Source: a virus
Lineage: Duplodnaviria; Caudoviricetes
Virus record (IMG/VR): IMGVR_UViG_3300031577_000195
Span: 17,064 to 81,063 of that record
Strand: one strand, 5' to 3'
Length of the DNA stretch: 64,000 nt
The notes below the pieces were generated by a model. That model ran no database searches, was not told where the DNA came from, and saw only the letters and a list, made by a program, of their open reading frames with translations. This document shows positions 8,901 through 18,079 of this stretch, piece by piece (positions within the stretch are counted from its first letter, which is position 1; each line of letters starts with the position of its first letter). The position numbers were made by a program, and so were the translations under genes.

Positions 8901-11108
8901 TGCAACATTTGCAGCTCCTTGCGCTAGTGTTCCAACGGATGTTGCAGTAGATTCTGCGGTTTTAGCTATAGTAGCATCATTTAATGCTTTATTATACAGT
9001 GTTAAAGCCATAGCCCCTAAGTTCCATACTGTAATTGCCGCTTTTACATAAATAGTGTATTCAACTATCGTACCTATATTCTGCCATACGCTTGCAGGGA
9101 TTGTTGTTAACCTACCAATAAGTACATTAATATCATCTATAACGCCTTTTATAAACTTAGTTAATCCAGAGTTACCTGCACCCATTACAATTTCCTGTAA
9201 TTGAGTGCCTAACCTTTGTAACTTGCGCGAAATTGTATCTACTTGCATTTCCGCTTGTTTTTCTGCTACACCTTGAGAGTTAATTGAAAGCTCTATAGTA
9301 CGAATAAGTTCATTGTAATCACCAATTAGACTAGCTACTTTATTATATTGGAATTTTCCTCCCGAAATGCTCAGCATAAGTTTTTCAACATTTTTATCTG
9401 TGGCGTCAGAGGTTAACATTAGGTCGATTAATACTTTCTCTGTGTCCCTAAATGCTTTTTTACCGTTTTCACCTACTTCATACATAGAGACACCAAGTTT
9501 TTCTATTTCTTTAATTGCCTTATCGCTATGTAATGAAACAAGCATTGAACGAATGGCATTTCCTATTTCACCACCTGACCTACCAGTATTACGAGCCATT
9601 GTTGCTATCATTCCTTGAAGAAAATCGAAAGATACTCCTGCTTGCTTAGCTGCACTTGCAGACCTTTCATTTGCTGCTGCTAAGTCTTGAGCTGAAACTA
9701 TCGCATTATGGGCAACATTTGTCCATGAATCAACTATCTTCATAGATAATTTTTGTGCTTCATTAGCATCTCTTGCACGCATTCCATACTGCATCATTGT
9801 GGCCTCTAATGCCTTGTTTGCTTCCGTAAGGCTAAAATTGTCCGCTACAGCTAGTAGACTTGAGGAATGCAATAAAGAATATACTTCATTAATATCTTTA
9901 TATGCTCTTCCCCATAATTTCGCTGATTCAGTAATTTCACCCATACTAGCACCGTATTGTTCTGCTATATTTAAAAACTCTATTGTGCTTTTATTAAGTT
10001 GTTCTTGATTATCGTGTAACTCTGGTATTACCTGCTTCATACCAGCCATACCCTGTTCGATTTCTTTTAAGTTACTTAAGGCTTCTAAGGGTATTGCAAA
10101 CAAAGAACCTAATGCTGCACCTGCGACAATCCAGTTAAAATGCGAACGGAACTTCTGCATGAAAGACCCAAGATATCCCGTTTGCTTTTCTAATGTTCCA
10201 GTTAAAGATTTACTAAAGGCATCTGATTCATCCCTTAGTTTTCTAAACGAGCTTACTTTATCATCAAACTTCAGTTTATCATTAACATCCTTAGTCTTTT
10301 GCCAAGTCTGATAAAACCCTTGTGCCTCAAGACTTAACTTTGATAACTGCTGTGAATACGTGGCTGGAACTACAGGTTTTTCAACAGTTTCTTTCTCAGG
10401 TTTTACTTCTGAATACGACTGTTTTAATGCATTAATTTGCGCCTGTGTTCTTCCAGCCATATAAGGATTGCTTTGCTCATTAAAACGTATCTTTTGATTC
10501 TCTAAGTCACGAATCATTTGTTTAGCTGTAGCTAATTCATCTAGTTCATTCTTAGTTATTAACGATACAGGTTTATCTTCCTTAGTCTTTTGCCCTGTCG
10601 TTAACGACATAAGTTTTTGTCTTTGACGTATCTCAGTTTCCAGTTGTGAGGCTAAATTTGTGTTACCACTTGCCCTAGCTTCAACCAAGGCGTTCTTTAG
10701 TGCAGAAACCTCTTTAGTAACCTTTTGTACTGCCGACATTTGTTTCTCGAACGGTTCAGCAAAACTCTTAGGATCAAGATAAGCCTTCATTTCAGCAAGT
10801 TCGACTTTAAGTTTCCTTACAGCTTCAGCTTGTTTTCGGAATGCACCATTGTTGCCATCTGAGGTGAACATTTTTTCGGCTTCTTTTTCCGCTTCTCGAA
10901 TTTGCTGTGTTAACAGTTTAATTTTTTCTTCAGTTTCTTCTACTGATTTTTTTGCCTTCGTAAACCCCTTGGAAACATTGTCACCAGTTCCAGCACCAAT
11001 CTCACCAAAAGCTTTCTTCACCTGTTCAACCTGCGAAATCAACTGAGATAAATTTTTTATAGCTAACTCAAACTGTATTTGGTTATTTTCATTGTCTATA
11101 CTAATCAC
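5919..11108 (-). CDS. Tail tape measure protein
   Basis: 1729 aa, helical, Ala/Gln-rich, TP901-type core around aa 350-650; follows the tail chaperones. Confidence 0.95.
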   Translation of the reverse strand: MISIDNENNQIQFELAIKNLSQLISQVEQVKKAFGEIGAGTGDNVSKGFTKAKKSVEETEEKIKLLTQQIREAEKEAEKMFTSDGNNGAFRKQAEAVRKLKVELAEMKAYLDPKSFAEPFEKQMSAVQKVTKEVSALKNALVEARASGNTNLASQLETEIRQRQKLMSLTTGQKTKEDKPVSLITKNELDELATAKQMIRDLENQKIRFNEQSNPYMAGRTQAQINALKQSYSEVKPEKETVEKPVVPATYSQQLSKLSLEAQGFYQTWQKTKDVNDKLKFDDKVSSFRKLRDESDAFSKSLTGTLEKQTGYLGSFMQKFRSHFNWIVAGAALGSLFAIPLEALSNLKEIEQGMAGMKQVIPELHDNQEQLNKSTIEFLNIAEQYGASMGEITESAKLWGRAYKDINEVYSLLHSSSLLAVADNFSLTEANKALEATMMQYGMRARDANEAQKLSMKIVDSWTNVAHNAIVSAQDLAAANERSASAAKQAGVSFDFLQGMIATMARNTGRSGGEIGNAIRSMLVSLHSDKAIKEIEKLGVSMYEVGENGKKAFRDTEKVLIDLMLTSDATDKNVEKLMLSISGGKFQYNKVASLIGDYNELIRTIELSINSQGVAEKQAEMQVDTISRKLQRLGTQLQEIVMGAGNSGLTKFIKGVIDDINVLIGRLTTIPASVWQNIGTIVEYTIYVKAAITVWNLGAMALTLYNKALNDATIAKTAESTATSVGTLAQGAANVATTVATGAKEAEAVATVELTMAERALAIARTISTGGLNLLIPLIIAGTTAYALFNTQSAEAVKQTQELTSAVEKENARLEDKASATEAELGLNESRIKFANELKDAYQRLTEQQKQLEEQRAQGLNVADKIKANDEKIATTEHALTSMLGEEAIQRIKNSADVGQQIDVEIAKMNDKKKTLTEQLQEERKAIVDHSMEVADQAKQRLKAIQQETQGLATEAEKQIEIYRQLGLTRLADLKAKNEADKQTVVAADNGWTKLGMIGYGGQFGTMFADQNKQNAINQEKKSAQDLADGLVSAQTEQNQIITKAANEVARIKAQEGTKIDDIHDTGTVEDTPPKKRTSIDPIDNTKLTQEKLQLLAFKQQEANINLKLKQTADDYAIALDNIATKENLQGKSAETWLDKRMATQEQIRKLSETVGSDKTLGTEASKGTLTQLENDLRWQLAELEKNMPEFKDVDFSKLSKKGQKELNQDHSELLSESQVTQQIYQMWIKIQEQISSTTKEISKQKNSLIQLDTAGYYSTEQVLNRQLEASKRRQEMEKLGYKDSTSPFKSMKMSDSNLKYAREQRGIQQGLLDKKTSDYEDTLEAYNNISAYNEKGELKTDKEQSDERKKYQEKIDAAKEAMEKQKLVVLQADQEIKNYEQEKNKAILDGWYDLTDKVLLKGNKFKDTLKNLWSQMAEDALKALMGVENTNVSWLTKLSNKWFGGSSGTKQDYSSVDFNTEDWTGFASGNKHKGLQPVAVTDNNRKSVNTNTVSALGADIQPLLNKPSISADSATAEESKPAWLNLANIDVPSFSNSDTSSEGLQSGTLSESQKIAEDQRKRKLQTSSSNSSNWWNLLSKAVPLFAHEDGGIFNQEHVATLNEGNKAEAVIPLTDQSRGQSLVMQSAQALGMLNKGTQVAPYLSEKTQETLKNNNSLSVNLKQSQEHIAAIESTNNLLMTQNQMILEILNKQSSKGNTTTQPIVMQQAQSDDDLYSQISRMRNLGYSV

Positions 11109-11150
11109 CCCTTAGATAAACGAGTGTTGTATTCTATATCAAGGGTGATA

Positions 11151-11366
11151 CTATAGTTTACCACCCTTCTTCATTAACTCTTTAATAGCAGCACCGCCCT
11201 TGAATGTCTTGTTGCTATTGTCGATACTATTTGTTTCCTTTTGCATTTCCTCATTAAGTTTCTTAAATCCATCCATAAGTGCCTCAAGTTCAAGTAAGGT
11301 GTATCCTCCGGCTTCCCTTGGAGTTATACATGTGTTTTGTGCAAGATTAGCCATAAGTATATTCAA
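11151..11366 (-). CDS. Tail assembly chaperone, frameshifted C-terminal part (GT-like)
   Basis: Reached from the upstream chaperone by a -1 shift at A-AAA-AAC. Confidence 0.75.
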   Translation of the reverse strand: MNILMANLAQNTCITPREAGGYTLLELEALMDGFKKLNEEMQKETNSIDNSNKTFKGGAAIKELMKKGGKL

Positions 11367-11368
11367 AT

Positions 11369-11734
11369 CTACAGACTCAGGTTTCCCATCATCGTCATTT
11401 TGTTTTTTAACTGCGAAATTGCTAAGAATTGCTGAAGTATATCCTCAAGCAAATAAATGTCTACCCACTTACTCCAATTTTCATCTTTAGTTGCCATTAA
11501 CATAACCTCATTAATGGCATTACGCTGTTTCTTACTGTATACTGGTTTGCCACTTTTGGTTGTTTTGGCTTTTCCTTCGTCATCAACTTCAGGTGATACA
11601 AAGTTTAATAGCACTAGATCAATATTGATTAAATCATAAAGTTCAATTACTCGATCTATGTCATCAACTATGCAAGGGTAAAGACGATGTTCAGTGTCAT
11701 CAATGTTATCTTCAATGAAAAACTTTTTAGCCAT
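11369..11734 (-). CDS. Tail assembly chaperone (G-like)
   Basis: Between tail tube and tape measure; slippery site near its 3' end. Confidence 0.8.
   Translation of the reverse strand: MAKKFFIEDNIDDTEHRLYPCIVDDIDRVIELYDLINIDLVLLNFVSPEVDDEGKAKTTKSGKPVYSKKQRNAINEVMLMATKDENWSKWVDIYLLEDILQQFLAISQLKNKMTMMGNLSL
11402..11408 (-). promoter_or_regulatory. -1 programmed frameshift heptamer A AAA AAC
   Basis: In-frame TTA AAA AAC; the -1 frame reads KQNDDDGKPESVDLNILMAN... into the 11151-11366 ORF. Confidence 0.8.
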
Positions 11735-11792
11735 AAGTTACCTCCCGTTAATTTAGCGTACAAAAGAAAAAGGAGGGTTTTACCCCTCCACC

Positions 11793-12563
11793 TTAAGCAT
11801 TCTCTACGATAACTTCCAAGAATTCATTAGAATCGTCCCCAGGTTCAAGTACCTTGAACTCAAGTTTCTGAACCGAAGCCGAAGCCCGCTTAAAGTCAAG
11901 ATTGAATGAACCAGCAGTCTTAACTTTCTTTGCACGAATGGAAATCTTATAGTCATTCCCGTCTTCATCCTGTGTAGTCATTTGCCACCTAAGTTCATTT
12001 ACTCCAGGTACAACATTAGTCATAACTGTAGCAGACACAACAGAAGTATCAGTTACATAGTAGGAGAATACAAGAGTTGCCGTAACAGCAGCGCCAAAGG
12101 TTACTACACCAGCAGCAGTAACAGCATATTCAGTGTTCGTAGTAGGCGTATCAGTCCCCATATTAGTATATATAGCACCAGTATCACTATCGAAACACGT
12201 AGCAGTCGAATAATCGACACCTGAAGTATTACCTAATGTTGCCGTAGTAGCTCCCGATACCGTAATTTCCTCACGAACATACTTTTTAGCAGTTGCGCTA
12301 TTGATGGTTGCATTCTGAGTTACCTTAAGTTGATTAAGTTTAAACGTAGCGTCATTAATAGTGATCTTGCCGCCCTTTTCTTTTGTAAACGTAAAGAATG
12401 GGAAAAGACCATCACCACCATAGACATCTTCGTCACTTGAGGTAATTTCTAGGGACATATCCTGACCACGAGTAATTTCAATAGGGTCACCGCCATCACT
12501 TGGAATAAGCACCCCTGATCCAACACCATTAACTACAAAGCCTGTATTTTTGGTAACGCTCAT
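11793..12563 (-). CDS. Major tail (tube) protein
   Basis: 256 aa, beta-rich, Thr/Ala-rich insert; canonical position before the chaperones. Confidence 0.85.
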   Translation of the reverse strand: MSVTKNTGFVVNGVGSGVLIPSDGGDPIEITRGQDMSLEITSSDEDVYGGDGLFPFFTFTKEKGGKITINDATFKLNQLKVTQNATINSATAKKYVREEITVSGATTATLGNTSGVDYSTATCFDSDTGAIYTNMGTDTPTTNTEYAVTAAGVVTFGAAVTATLVFSYYVTDTSVVSATVMTNVVPGVNELRWQMTTQDEDGNDYKISIRAKKVKTAGSFNLDFKRASASVQKLEFKVLEPGDDSNEFLEVIVENA

Positions 12564-12599
12564 TTACACATCATCCTTTCAAATAAAAAATGACCATCG

Positions 12600-12998
12600 T
12601 TAGATGGTCACAAGTGGTTTATATCGAAACCCATAAGCAACAACTCCCGGTATACCTGAAGCTATCTGCCTTGGTGGAACGATTAGATCAAAATCACTAG
12701 ATTTCATTAGTGTCATAATTCTTTTGCATATCTGTTGAGCATCATAACGAAGCCAACAATATACCTCAAACTCAAGTAGCCCCTTGGTCACTAGAAAGTT
12801 ATTTGTGGAATAACCGTCTATAAATGTAAAAATCACCATCGGAATATTGTCCGTGGTGATCGTAGACATGTCTTGAAATTCTCTTTTAACCCTATTGTTT
12901 AATTCTTCTTCAGTCGATGGAGTACCTAACAATGTCAATAGTTCACTATCGGCAACTAGGATTCCATAGACTTCATCCTGTATCTCAAAGGTATTCAT
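12600..12998 (-). CDS. Tail terminator / completion protein
   Basis: Position and size; ATG at 12998 with RBS AGGGGG (track start 13031). Confidence 0.65.
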   Translation of the reverse strand: MNTFEIQDEVYGILVADSELLTLLGTPSTEEELNNRVKREFQDMSTITTDNIPMVIFTFIDGYSTNNFLVTKGLLEFEVYCWLRYDAQQICKRIMTLMKSSDFDLIVPPRQIASGIPGVVAYGFRYKPLVTI

Positions 12999-13043
12999 AA
13001 AATACCCCCTTAAATAAGCACTTTTAAGCATAAAAATAACTTA

Positions 13044-13125
13044 GGTAATACAAATGTATACCCAAGTAGAAAAACCACTAAAAACACCCTTTATAACTAT
13101 GGTTTCTGACATTAGAATCGATTCT
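13044..13125. repeat. Dispersed ~76-82-bp element, copy A
   Basis: Ends GGTTTCTGACATTAGAATCGATTCT; matches 33557-33638 and the reverse complements of 54001-54076 and ~59396-59470. Confidence 0.9.
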
Positions 13126-13129
13126 GTAG

Positions 13130-13660
13130 CTAAAGTTCAATTCTCTTAGATATAGCATTAGAAATCTCTAACATCATACTTTTGGTTATGACATTGGTTA
13201 TAGCCACAGTAATCTCAGGTATAGCAGATTCTATTTCTTGAGAGATAATATGAAGAGGTAGCGAAGGCTCAAACCTTGGGGATTGGCCTTCAAGCACCTG
13301 TCCTTCTTTTCCCCCTTTAGAATTATATGGTGTACCATCAAGGTCTGTATAGGCACCTGCAGGTCTACCAGAGATCGCAAGCCCTGACCTGCTTGGATTA
13401 TAGTTTGAGTTAGACTTATAGTTATCTAAGTAAGGATTATTAGCGTCCATAAGACTTCCTCTACCATACTCAGCTATCCATGCAGCCTGACCACTAAACC
13501 CAAGTTTAGCTACAATACCATCAAATGTTACACTTAAGATTGCCTCATGTGCCTCTGCATTACCTTTTATAGATGCTCCTTTAGTTGCCCATTTGTCCAT
13601 CACTTGTTCACGTATACGATTACTCCACTCAAGTAATACAGCAGCCAACTGTTCATTCAT
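13130..13660 (-). CDS. Neck / tail-completion protein (HK97 gp10-like)
   Basis: A...EYG motif; head-tail cluster position. Confidence 0.6.
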   Translation of the reverse strand: MNEQLAAVLLEWSNRIREQVMDKWATKGASIKGNAEAHEAILSVTFDGIVAKLGFSGQAAWIAEYGRGSLMDANNPYLDNYKSNSNYNPSRSGLAISGRPAGAYTDLDGTPYNSKGGKEGQVLEGQSPRFEPSLPLHIISQEIESAIPEITVAITNVITKSMMLEISNAISKRIEL

Positions 13661-14214
13661 CGGTTGTCACTCTTAACTTGTACCTCAAGCAACCCTTCGT
13701 AAGTCACAGCGTCAACTGCCGTAACCCAATAGTTTTCTCCGCTGCATTTAATGCGATAGCCCTCTTCTATTGTTAAATTCGGCAGAATAAACTTGCGTAC
13801 AGTATCTGGTAGTAATCCACTGTCAAATACCTTCGATGTATTACTGACCACCTTTTGAACCGCAGGTTGACTTGAGTAGACTGAAGTTTCTTCTGAACCA
13901 CTTTTAGCTCCATTGGTAAACTTAGGTGTTAGCTTAACGATATCAACAGTAGTATTAACTCTCTTAAGCTGACATTGGTTAGCATCGGATGAACTCTGTT
14001 TTGCAACGATAAAATACTGGACTCCTGTAGACTTATTGGTCACTAGATCACCGTTAGAATAACTAGTGTCATCCTGCATTAAAGCCATTTTGTCATTGTT
14101 CATAGCTGATGTTGAACTTGAAGTAGCCTTTCTTGTTGCAATCATAAGTTCATCGCTTTTATCATCTACAGAAAATGTCTCAGCCCGATCAAGGTATAAA
14201 TTGAATACACTCAT
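13657..14214 (-). CDS. Head closure / stopper protein
   Basis: Position; beta-rich; C-terminal YWVTAVD...GLLEV pattern. Confidence 0.55.
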   Translation of the reverse strand: MSVFNLYLDRAETFSVDDKSDELMIATRKATSSSTSAMNNDKMALMQDDTSYSNGDLVTNKSTGVQYFIVAKQSSSDANQCQLKRVNTTVDIVKLTPKFTNGAKSGSEETSVYSSQPAVQKVVSNTSKVFDSGLLPDTVRKFILPNLTIEEGYRIKCSGENYWVTAVDAVTYEGLLEVQVKSDNR

Positions 14215-14801
14215 TGTAACTTCACCAAATCTATCATCTTTTTAATATCTAATGTTAATATTCTATCGTTTTGTGCAAGTGTAATTTTCATATCAAAATC
14301 ATCACGACTTAGCCAATTAAAAAACCCACCGTTTTTCTTAAGATTATCTGCGATTAAACCACAAGCTCTCTTAAGTTCAGTCGGTAGTGTATCTGTCGTA
14401 TAACCTGCTGTATAAGCTACTGTAATCAACTCTGGTGGAATCGTTGGGAATACACTTGTTGTAACTTGAGGATAGAATGTAAAATACTGATACTCGTCAT
14501 CATCAAAAGTTAAACAAGATGTATCATAAGTTTCAGTAGTAAACCCACCAAGTGGACTAGGGACTCTTGAAGTTATGCTTGAAACTGATACCCTAGGTAG
14601 ATGTTTAAGTCTACCTTTAAAGATATCCCCATACATCGAGTGTTTCTTCTTGAGTCTTGCTTGTTCAGTATAAGTTTGACTCCAGAAGGAACGCCCTTTA
14701 TAACTGTCGATTACTAAAGTTGCATTTGCTATGTCAGCAGAGGTAACTCCAGGCATTGTTGTATAAGTGGTAATCTCATCATCTGTAATATAGTTATCCA
14801 T
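14211..14801 (-). CDS. Head-tail adaptor protein
   Basis: V.YTAGY....LP..LK.A motif typical of gp6/gp15-like adaptors. Confidence 0.7.
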   Translation of the reverse strand: MDNYITDDEITTYTTMPGVTSADIANATLVIDSYKGRSFWSQTYTEQARLKKKHSMYGDIFKGRLKHLPRVSVSSITSRVPSPLGGFTTETYDTSCLTFDDDEYQYFTFYPQVTTSVFPTIPPELITVAYTAGYTTDTLPTELKRACGLIADNLKKNGGFFNWLSRDDFDMKITLAQNDRILTLDIKKMIDLVKLQ

Positions 14802-15073
14802 TATTTTACGAACCCTGAAGCCTTAAGTTTATCTGCTGTTTCCTTACGAACTTTAGCTTTACCCTTAACAAAGTTGATAACTTTACCGCCAGTAATTATA
14901 GATGTATGTTTCTTATAAAAATCACTAAGCGTTACTTCAATAAGCTTCTCAGTTTCTTCTATCTGTTGTTCCTCAAGCACTTCAATAATCTCAGCAGGTT
15001 CTTCTACAGACTGTTCAGGTACTTCTATCTGTTGTTCCTCGAGCACCGTTTTAATTGTTTTTTTATTAGCCAT
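14801..15073 (-). CDS. Small acidic capsid-associated hypothetical protein
   Basis: ATG 15073 with RBS GGAGG; directly after capsid gene; repeated VLEEQQIE. Confidence 0.55.
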   Translation of the reverse strand: MANKKTIKTVLEEQQIEVPEQSVEEPAEIIEVLEEQQIEETEKLIEVTLSDFYKKHTSIITGGKVINFVKGKAKVRKETADKLKASGFVK

Positions 15074-15106
15074 TGTACCTCCAAAGGAGGGCATAAAGCC
15101 CTCGAA

Positions 15107-16162
15107 TTACGAATTGGTTACTGAATGAGTAAGGATAAAGTGTGCGCCAGTCTGTGGCCCACGAAGGATATAGCTAGAGATATCCAGCATCATCTTGTTA
15201 GTTAGCAAACGACTGTTTCCAAGAGGCATATTAGGATTAGCCAACTCGAAGAACTGTGGTGTGCTGTTGAACCACCATACGCGATCAATCATTGAACTAT
15301 TAAGTGCTACAATTTTATGCGTAGTAGTTGATGTTCCAGTTACAGGTTTTACAAACGGAGTCAACACAATAGGCATTGTCATATGGTAACAACGGATAGC
15401 TGGAACACTCCATCCAGGAAGAATTTCAGTGGTAATCTCTTGGAAATAAGTACTTCTATTGCGCTCCTGTTGTACCAATAAATCATAAGTTGCGCTATTC
15501 ATTGCAAGTACATCAGGCATAGCACTGTAGTCCAAACGAGCTTGCAAACTAGCAATCTTAGTATTCAAGGCATCAACAATATAAGTACCATCGGCAATAG
15601 CTGCAGTATCTGTAATCTGACTCAGGATACCCATGTACTCATAAGTTGCAGTTGATGCCAAGTCAGTAGAAGCACCGTTCCAGAAGTGGTTATTAGTTAC
15701 CTTGGTAAAATCAACGATCATATCATTGAAATCTTTGGCTGTCAGGTCTTCAAACGTACCATACCGCTGTTCAGCCTTAAGCGCAAAGTAATCATACTCA
15801 ATTCTAGTGGCATACATACGAGGAACACAGTTTAACCAGTTGTCACGCTTGTAGTCTGTATCAAGATCAGCAGAAGGTTTTGCATAATCAGGTGTACTCG
15901 AACCAAAGCCCAACTTAGGATTAACCGCAGTTGTGTTCGAAGGAATAGTCTTCTGTTCATTCCAGATATGCACCGGGCCAGATGCTTCAATAGAGTTTAC
16001 CTTGATCCCCAATGGGAAATTTCTCATTAGATAGTCATATAGAATCTGTTCATAACCATCAACAATCAAGCTATGACCTTCATTGATGTTAACTCCAGGG
16101 GCAGAAGCAAAAATACCATTATCCTTTACTGCACCAGCAGCCAAAATACGATTAAGTTTCAT
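15107..16162 (-). CDS. Major capsid protein
   Basis: 351 aa downstream of protease/scaffold; HK97-fold-like patterns. Confidence 0.8.
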   Translation of the reverse strand: MKLNRILAAGAVKDNGIFASAPGVNINEGHSLIVDGYEQILYDYLMRNFPLGIKVNSIEASGPVHIWNEQKTIPSNTTAVNPKLGFGSSTPDYAKPSADLDTDYKRDNWLNCVPRMYATRIEYDYFALKAEQRYGTFEDLTAKDFNDMIVDFTKVTNNHFWNGASTDLASTATYEYMGILSQITDTAAIADGTYIVDALNTKIASLQARLDYSAMPDVLAMNSATYDLLVQQERNRSTYFQEITTEILPGWSVPAIRCYHMTMPIVLTPFVKPVTGTSTTTHKIVALNSSMIDRVWWFNSTPQFFELANPNMPLGNSRLLTNKMMLDISSYILRGPQTGAHFILTHSVTNS

Positions 16163-16231
16163 TTATACATCATCCTTTCAATTTTGGACATAAAAAAAAG
16201 ACCGCCGTAGCGGTCTTGGGTAAAATTATGG

Positions 16232-17254
16232 TTATTCAGCTTTTTGAAGGTTCAATCTTGAGACAGCCTTACATTTTTCAAGCGTACTCATGTTACTTGC
16301 ATAGATTTCATCAAGTTTCTTCTGTCGATCAGCATCGGTTGGCTTAAGGTCACTGTTGCCCATCATAAACTGACCAACTCCAGGCACAGGAGGTTTAGCA
16401 GCTTCAAATTTTGCTTTTTCTTCAGCTTCCTTCTGAGCAGCTTTGATTTTCTCTTGTTCAGCCTTTAGTTTAGCTTCTTCCTCTACCTTGGCTTTATCTT
16501 CTGCAGCCTTAAGTTTAGCCGCTTTCTTTTCTTCGGCTTGAGCCTTAAGGCTTTCTTGAGTTTCAGCTAAACCAAGAGCTAGTTTTCCCATTTCTTCATT
16601 AACTTTAGAGATTGACTCGCCAACTTCTGCTTTAATGTTAGCCACAAAGCCATCCAATAGGACCTTCATCTGTTCTTCATTCATATTCACATCATCCTTT
16701 GCTTTCTTATTTTGCAGACTTGCTACTAGTTCTCGAATATATGTACCTGAGAAAGCAGCAGTATTCTTCCAGAGCATCGCACACCCCGTCCCAGTAAACT
16801 CATCAATATACAAAAATCCATTGTCATTGTCATCATGAGTTTGATCAGCAAGAACTTCTATGCTAAAGCCCAAACTATCCTTACCATTAACAGCCATAAA
16901 GCTAATATCAGGAAACAGCATCTTCCATACGATAATTTGTGCCATTAGGTCTTCACCTTCTGGCCAAACCTTTTGAATTACTCCTATGTTAGTACTTCCG
17001 TGACCAGTAAACACTTCAGTACCATCACCAAACCATCCATCAGGAAAAGTACAATTTACAGGCATAAGTTCAAAGCTTTGATAGTTCTTATTGATGGAAT
17101 CCTGAGTAAACACTATTCGTTTCCCATCCGAACCACAAGGCGCACCATCACTAGCACTATTGATCTTAGTGATACACCCTTCGATAACCATCTTGTTTGG
17201 ATGAGATTCACTAAGGGAGAACTTCAAGTTTGACATTCCAAGTGTTAACTTCAA
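16232..17254 (-). CDS. Prohead protease with C-terminal scaffold domain
   Basis: N-terminal H...IG / LGFSIE protease-like part plus Ala/Lys/Glu coiled coil. Confidence 0.75.
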   Translation of the reverse strand: MKLTLGMSNLKFSLSESHPNKMVIEGCITKINSASDGAPCGSDGKRIVFTQDSINKNYQSFELMPVNCTFPDGWFGDGTEVFTGHGSTNIGVIQKVWPEGEDLMAQIIVWKMLFPDISFMAVNGKDSLGFSIEVLADQTHDDNDNGFLYIDEFTGTGCAMLWKNTAAFSGTYIRELVASLQNKKAKDDVNMNEEQMKVLLDGFVANIKAEVGESISKVNEEMGKLALGLAETQESLKAQAEEKKAAKLKAAEDKAKVEEEAKLKAEQEKIKAAQKEAEEKAKFEAAKPPVPGVGQFMMGNSDLKPTDADRQKKLDEIYASNMSTLEKCKAVSRLNLQKAE

Positions 17255-17282
17255 TATATCACCTCCTTTGGTGGATTAAAGG

Positions 17283-18068
17283 TTACCTCAAACCAAAACC
17301 AATACCACCCGATAAAGTAGCATCACCAGTAATAACTATCTTGAATACAAAAGAAGTACCAGTAGGTTCACCTACGAGTATTCTGCCTTTACTTGGGTAT
17401 ATCTGTCGGTAGGTAGTTCCTGCATCACGCGAAACATAATAGGATATACTTCCTGTACCTAAAGTTTCTGTGCCTACTTTCATTACCACATAGTTATCTG
17501 TAGTAACCGTAAAAGCATTACTTATGATAGTACAAGTAGCTGTTGTATCAGTTGCACCCAAGGTTGGATTACCTAACGTATAACTATAGTCCATAGTAAT
17601 GACATCACTAGACGTTAGGGCAGTTGTAAATACAACGCTTGTTCCACTTACGGTAAACCCACTAGTAATCGCGGTTCCATTTTGATATACCGTATATCCA
17701 GACAGCGGCGTGTTAGCTACTGTGTACGTTAGGTAATCGCTAGATGCTGTCAAGGTTTCACCTGTAACAGTCGCAGTTGACGCATAAGTGTAATTGCTTG
17801 AGTTTGTAGTATCAATAAAGCTACTAGAATCAAACGCTTCAACTATCTCTGTATCACCAGTTGCAGTAGTACCTAAAGATATTGCTGCAAGTGCTGTAGT
17901 ATCTAGTGAATCCATATACGTTCCATCAAGATACACATACTTACCTTGAACCTTAGAATTTAACCTCAGTTCTCTTGTTGCCTTCGACAATGCTATTTGT
18001 TCTGCTGTAGAACCAAAGTTTGCATAACCAAGTGTCAGTAAGTTTTGCATATTGGTTTCATATGCCAA
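17283..18068 (-). CDS. Thr/Ser-rich virion protein (putative decoration/fibre)
   Basis: Thr-rich beta domain (VYQNG...FTTAL...VITMDY); between portal and protease. Confidence 0.5.
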   Translation of the reverse strand: MAYETNMQNLLTLGYANFGSTAEQIALSKATRELRLNSKVQGKYVYLDGTYMDSLDTTALAAISLGTTATGDTEIVEAFDSSSFIDTTNSSNYTYASTATVTGETLTASSDYLTYTVANTPLSGYTVYQNGTAITSGFTVSGTSVVFTTALTSSDVITMDYSYTLGNPTLGATDTTATCTIISNAFTVTTDNYVVMKVGTETLGTGSISYYVSRDAGTTYRQIYPSKGRILVGEPTGTSFVFKIVITGDATLSGGIGFGLR

Positions 18069-18079
18069 TTAAACCACTC

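Noticed and set aside
6490-11046. Plus-strand ORFs inside the tape measure gene (and similar shadows in capsid, nrdD, MTase, ligase and int)
   Set aside because: Fully nested antisense ORFs without SD or recognisable motifs.
13101-13125. GTTTC...-type sequence resembling a CRISPR repeat (reverse ends in GAAAC)
   Set aside because: The copies are tens of kb apart and in both orientations, with no repeat-spacer array and no cas operon; kept only as a dispersed element.
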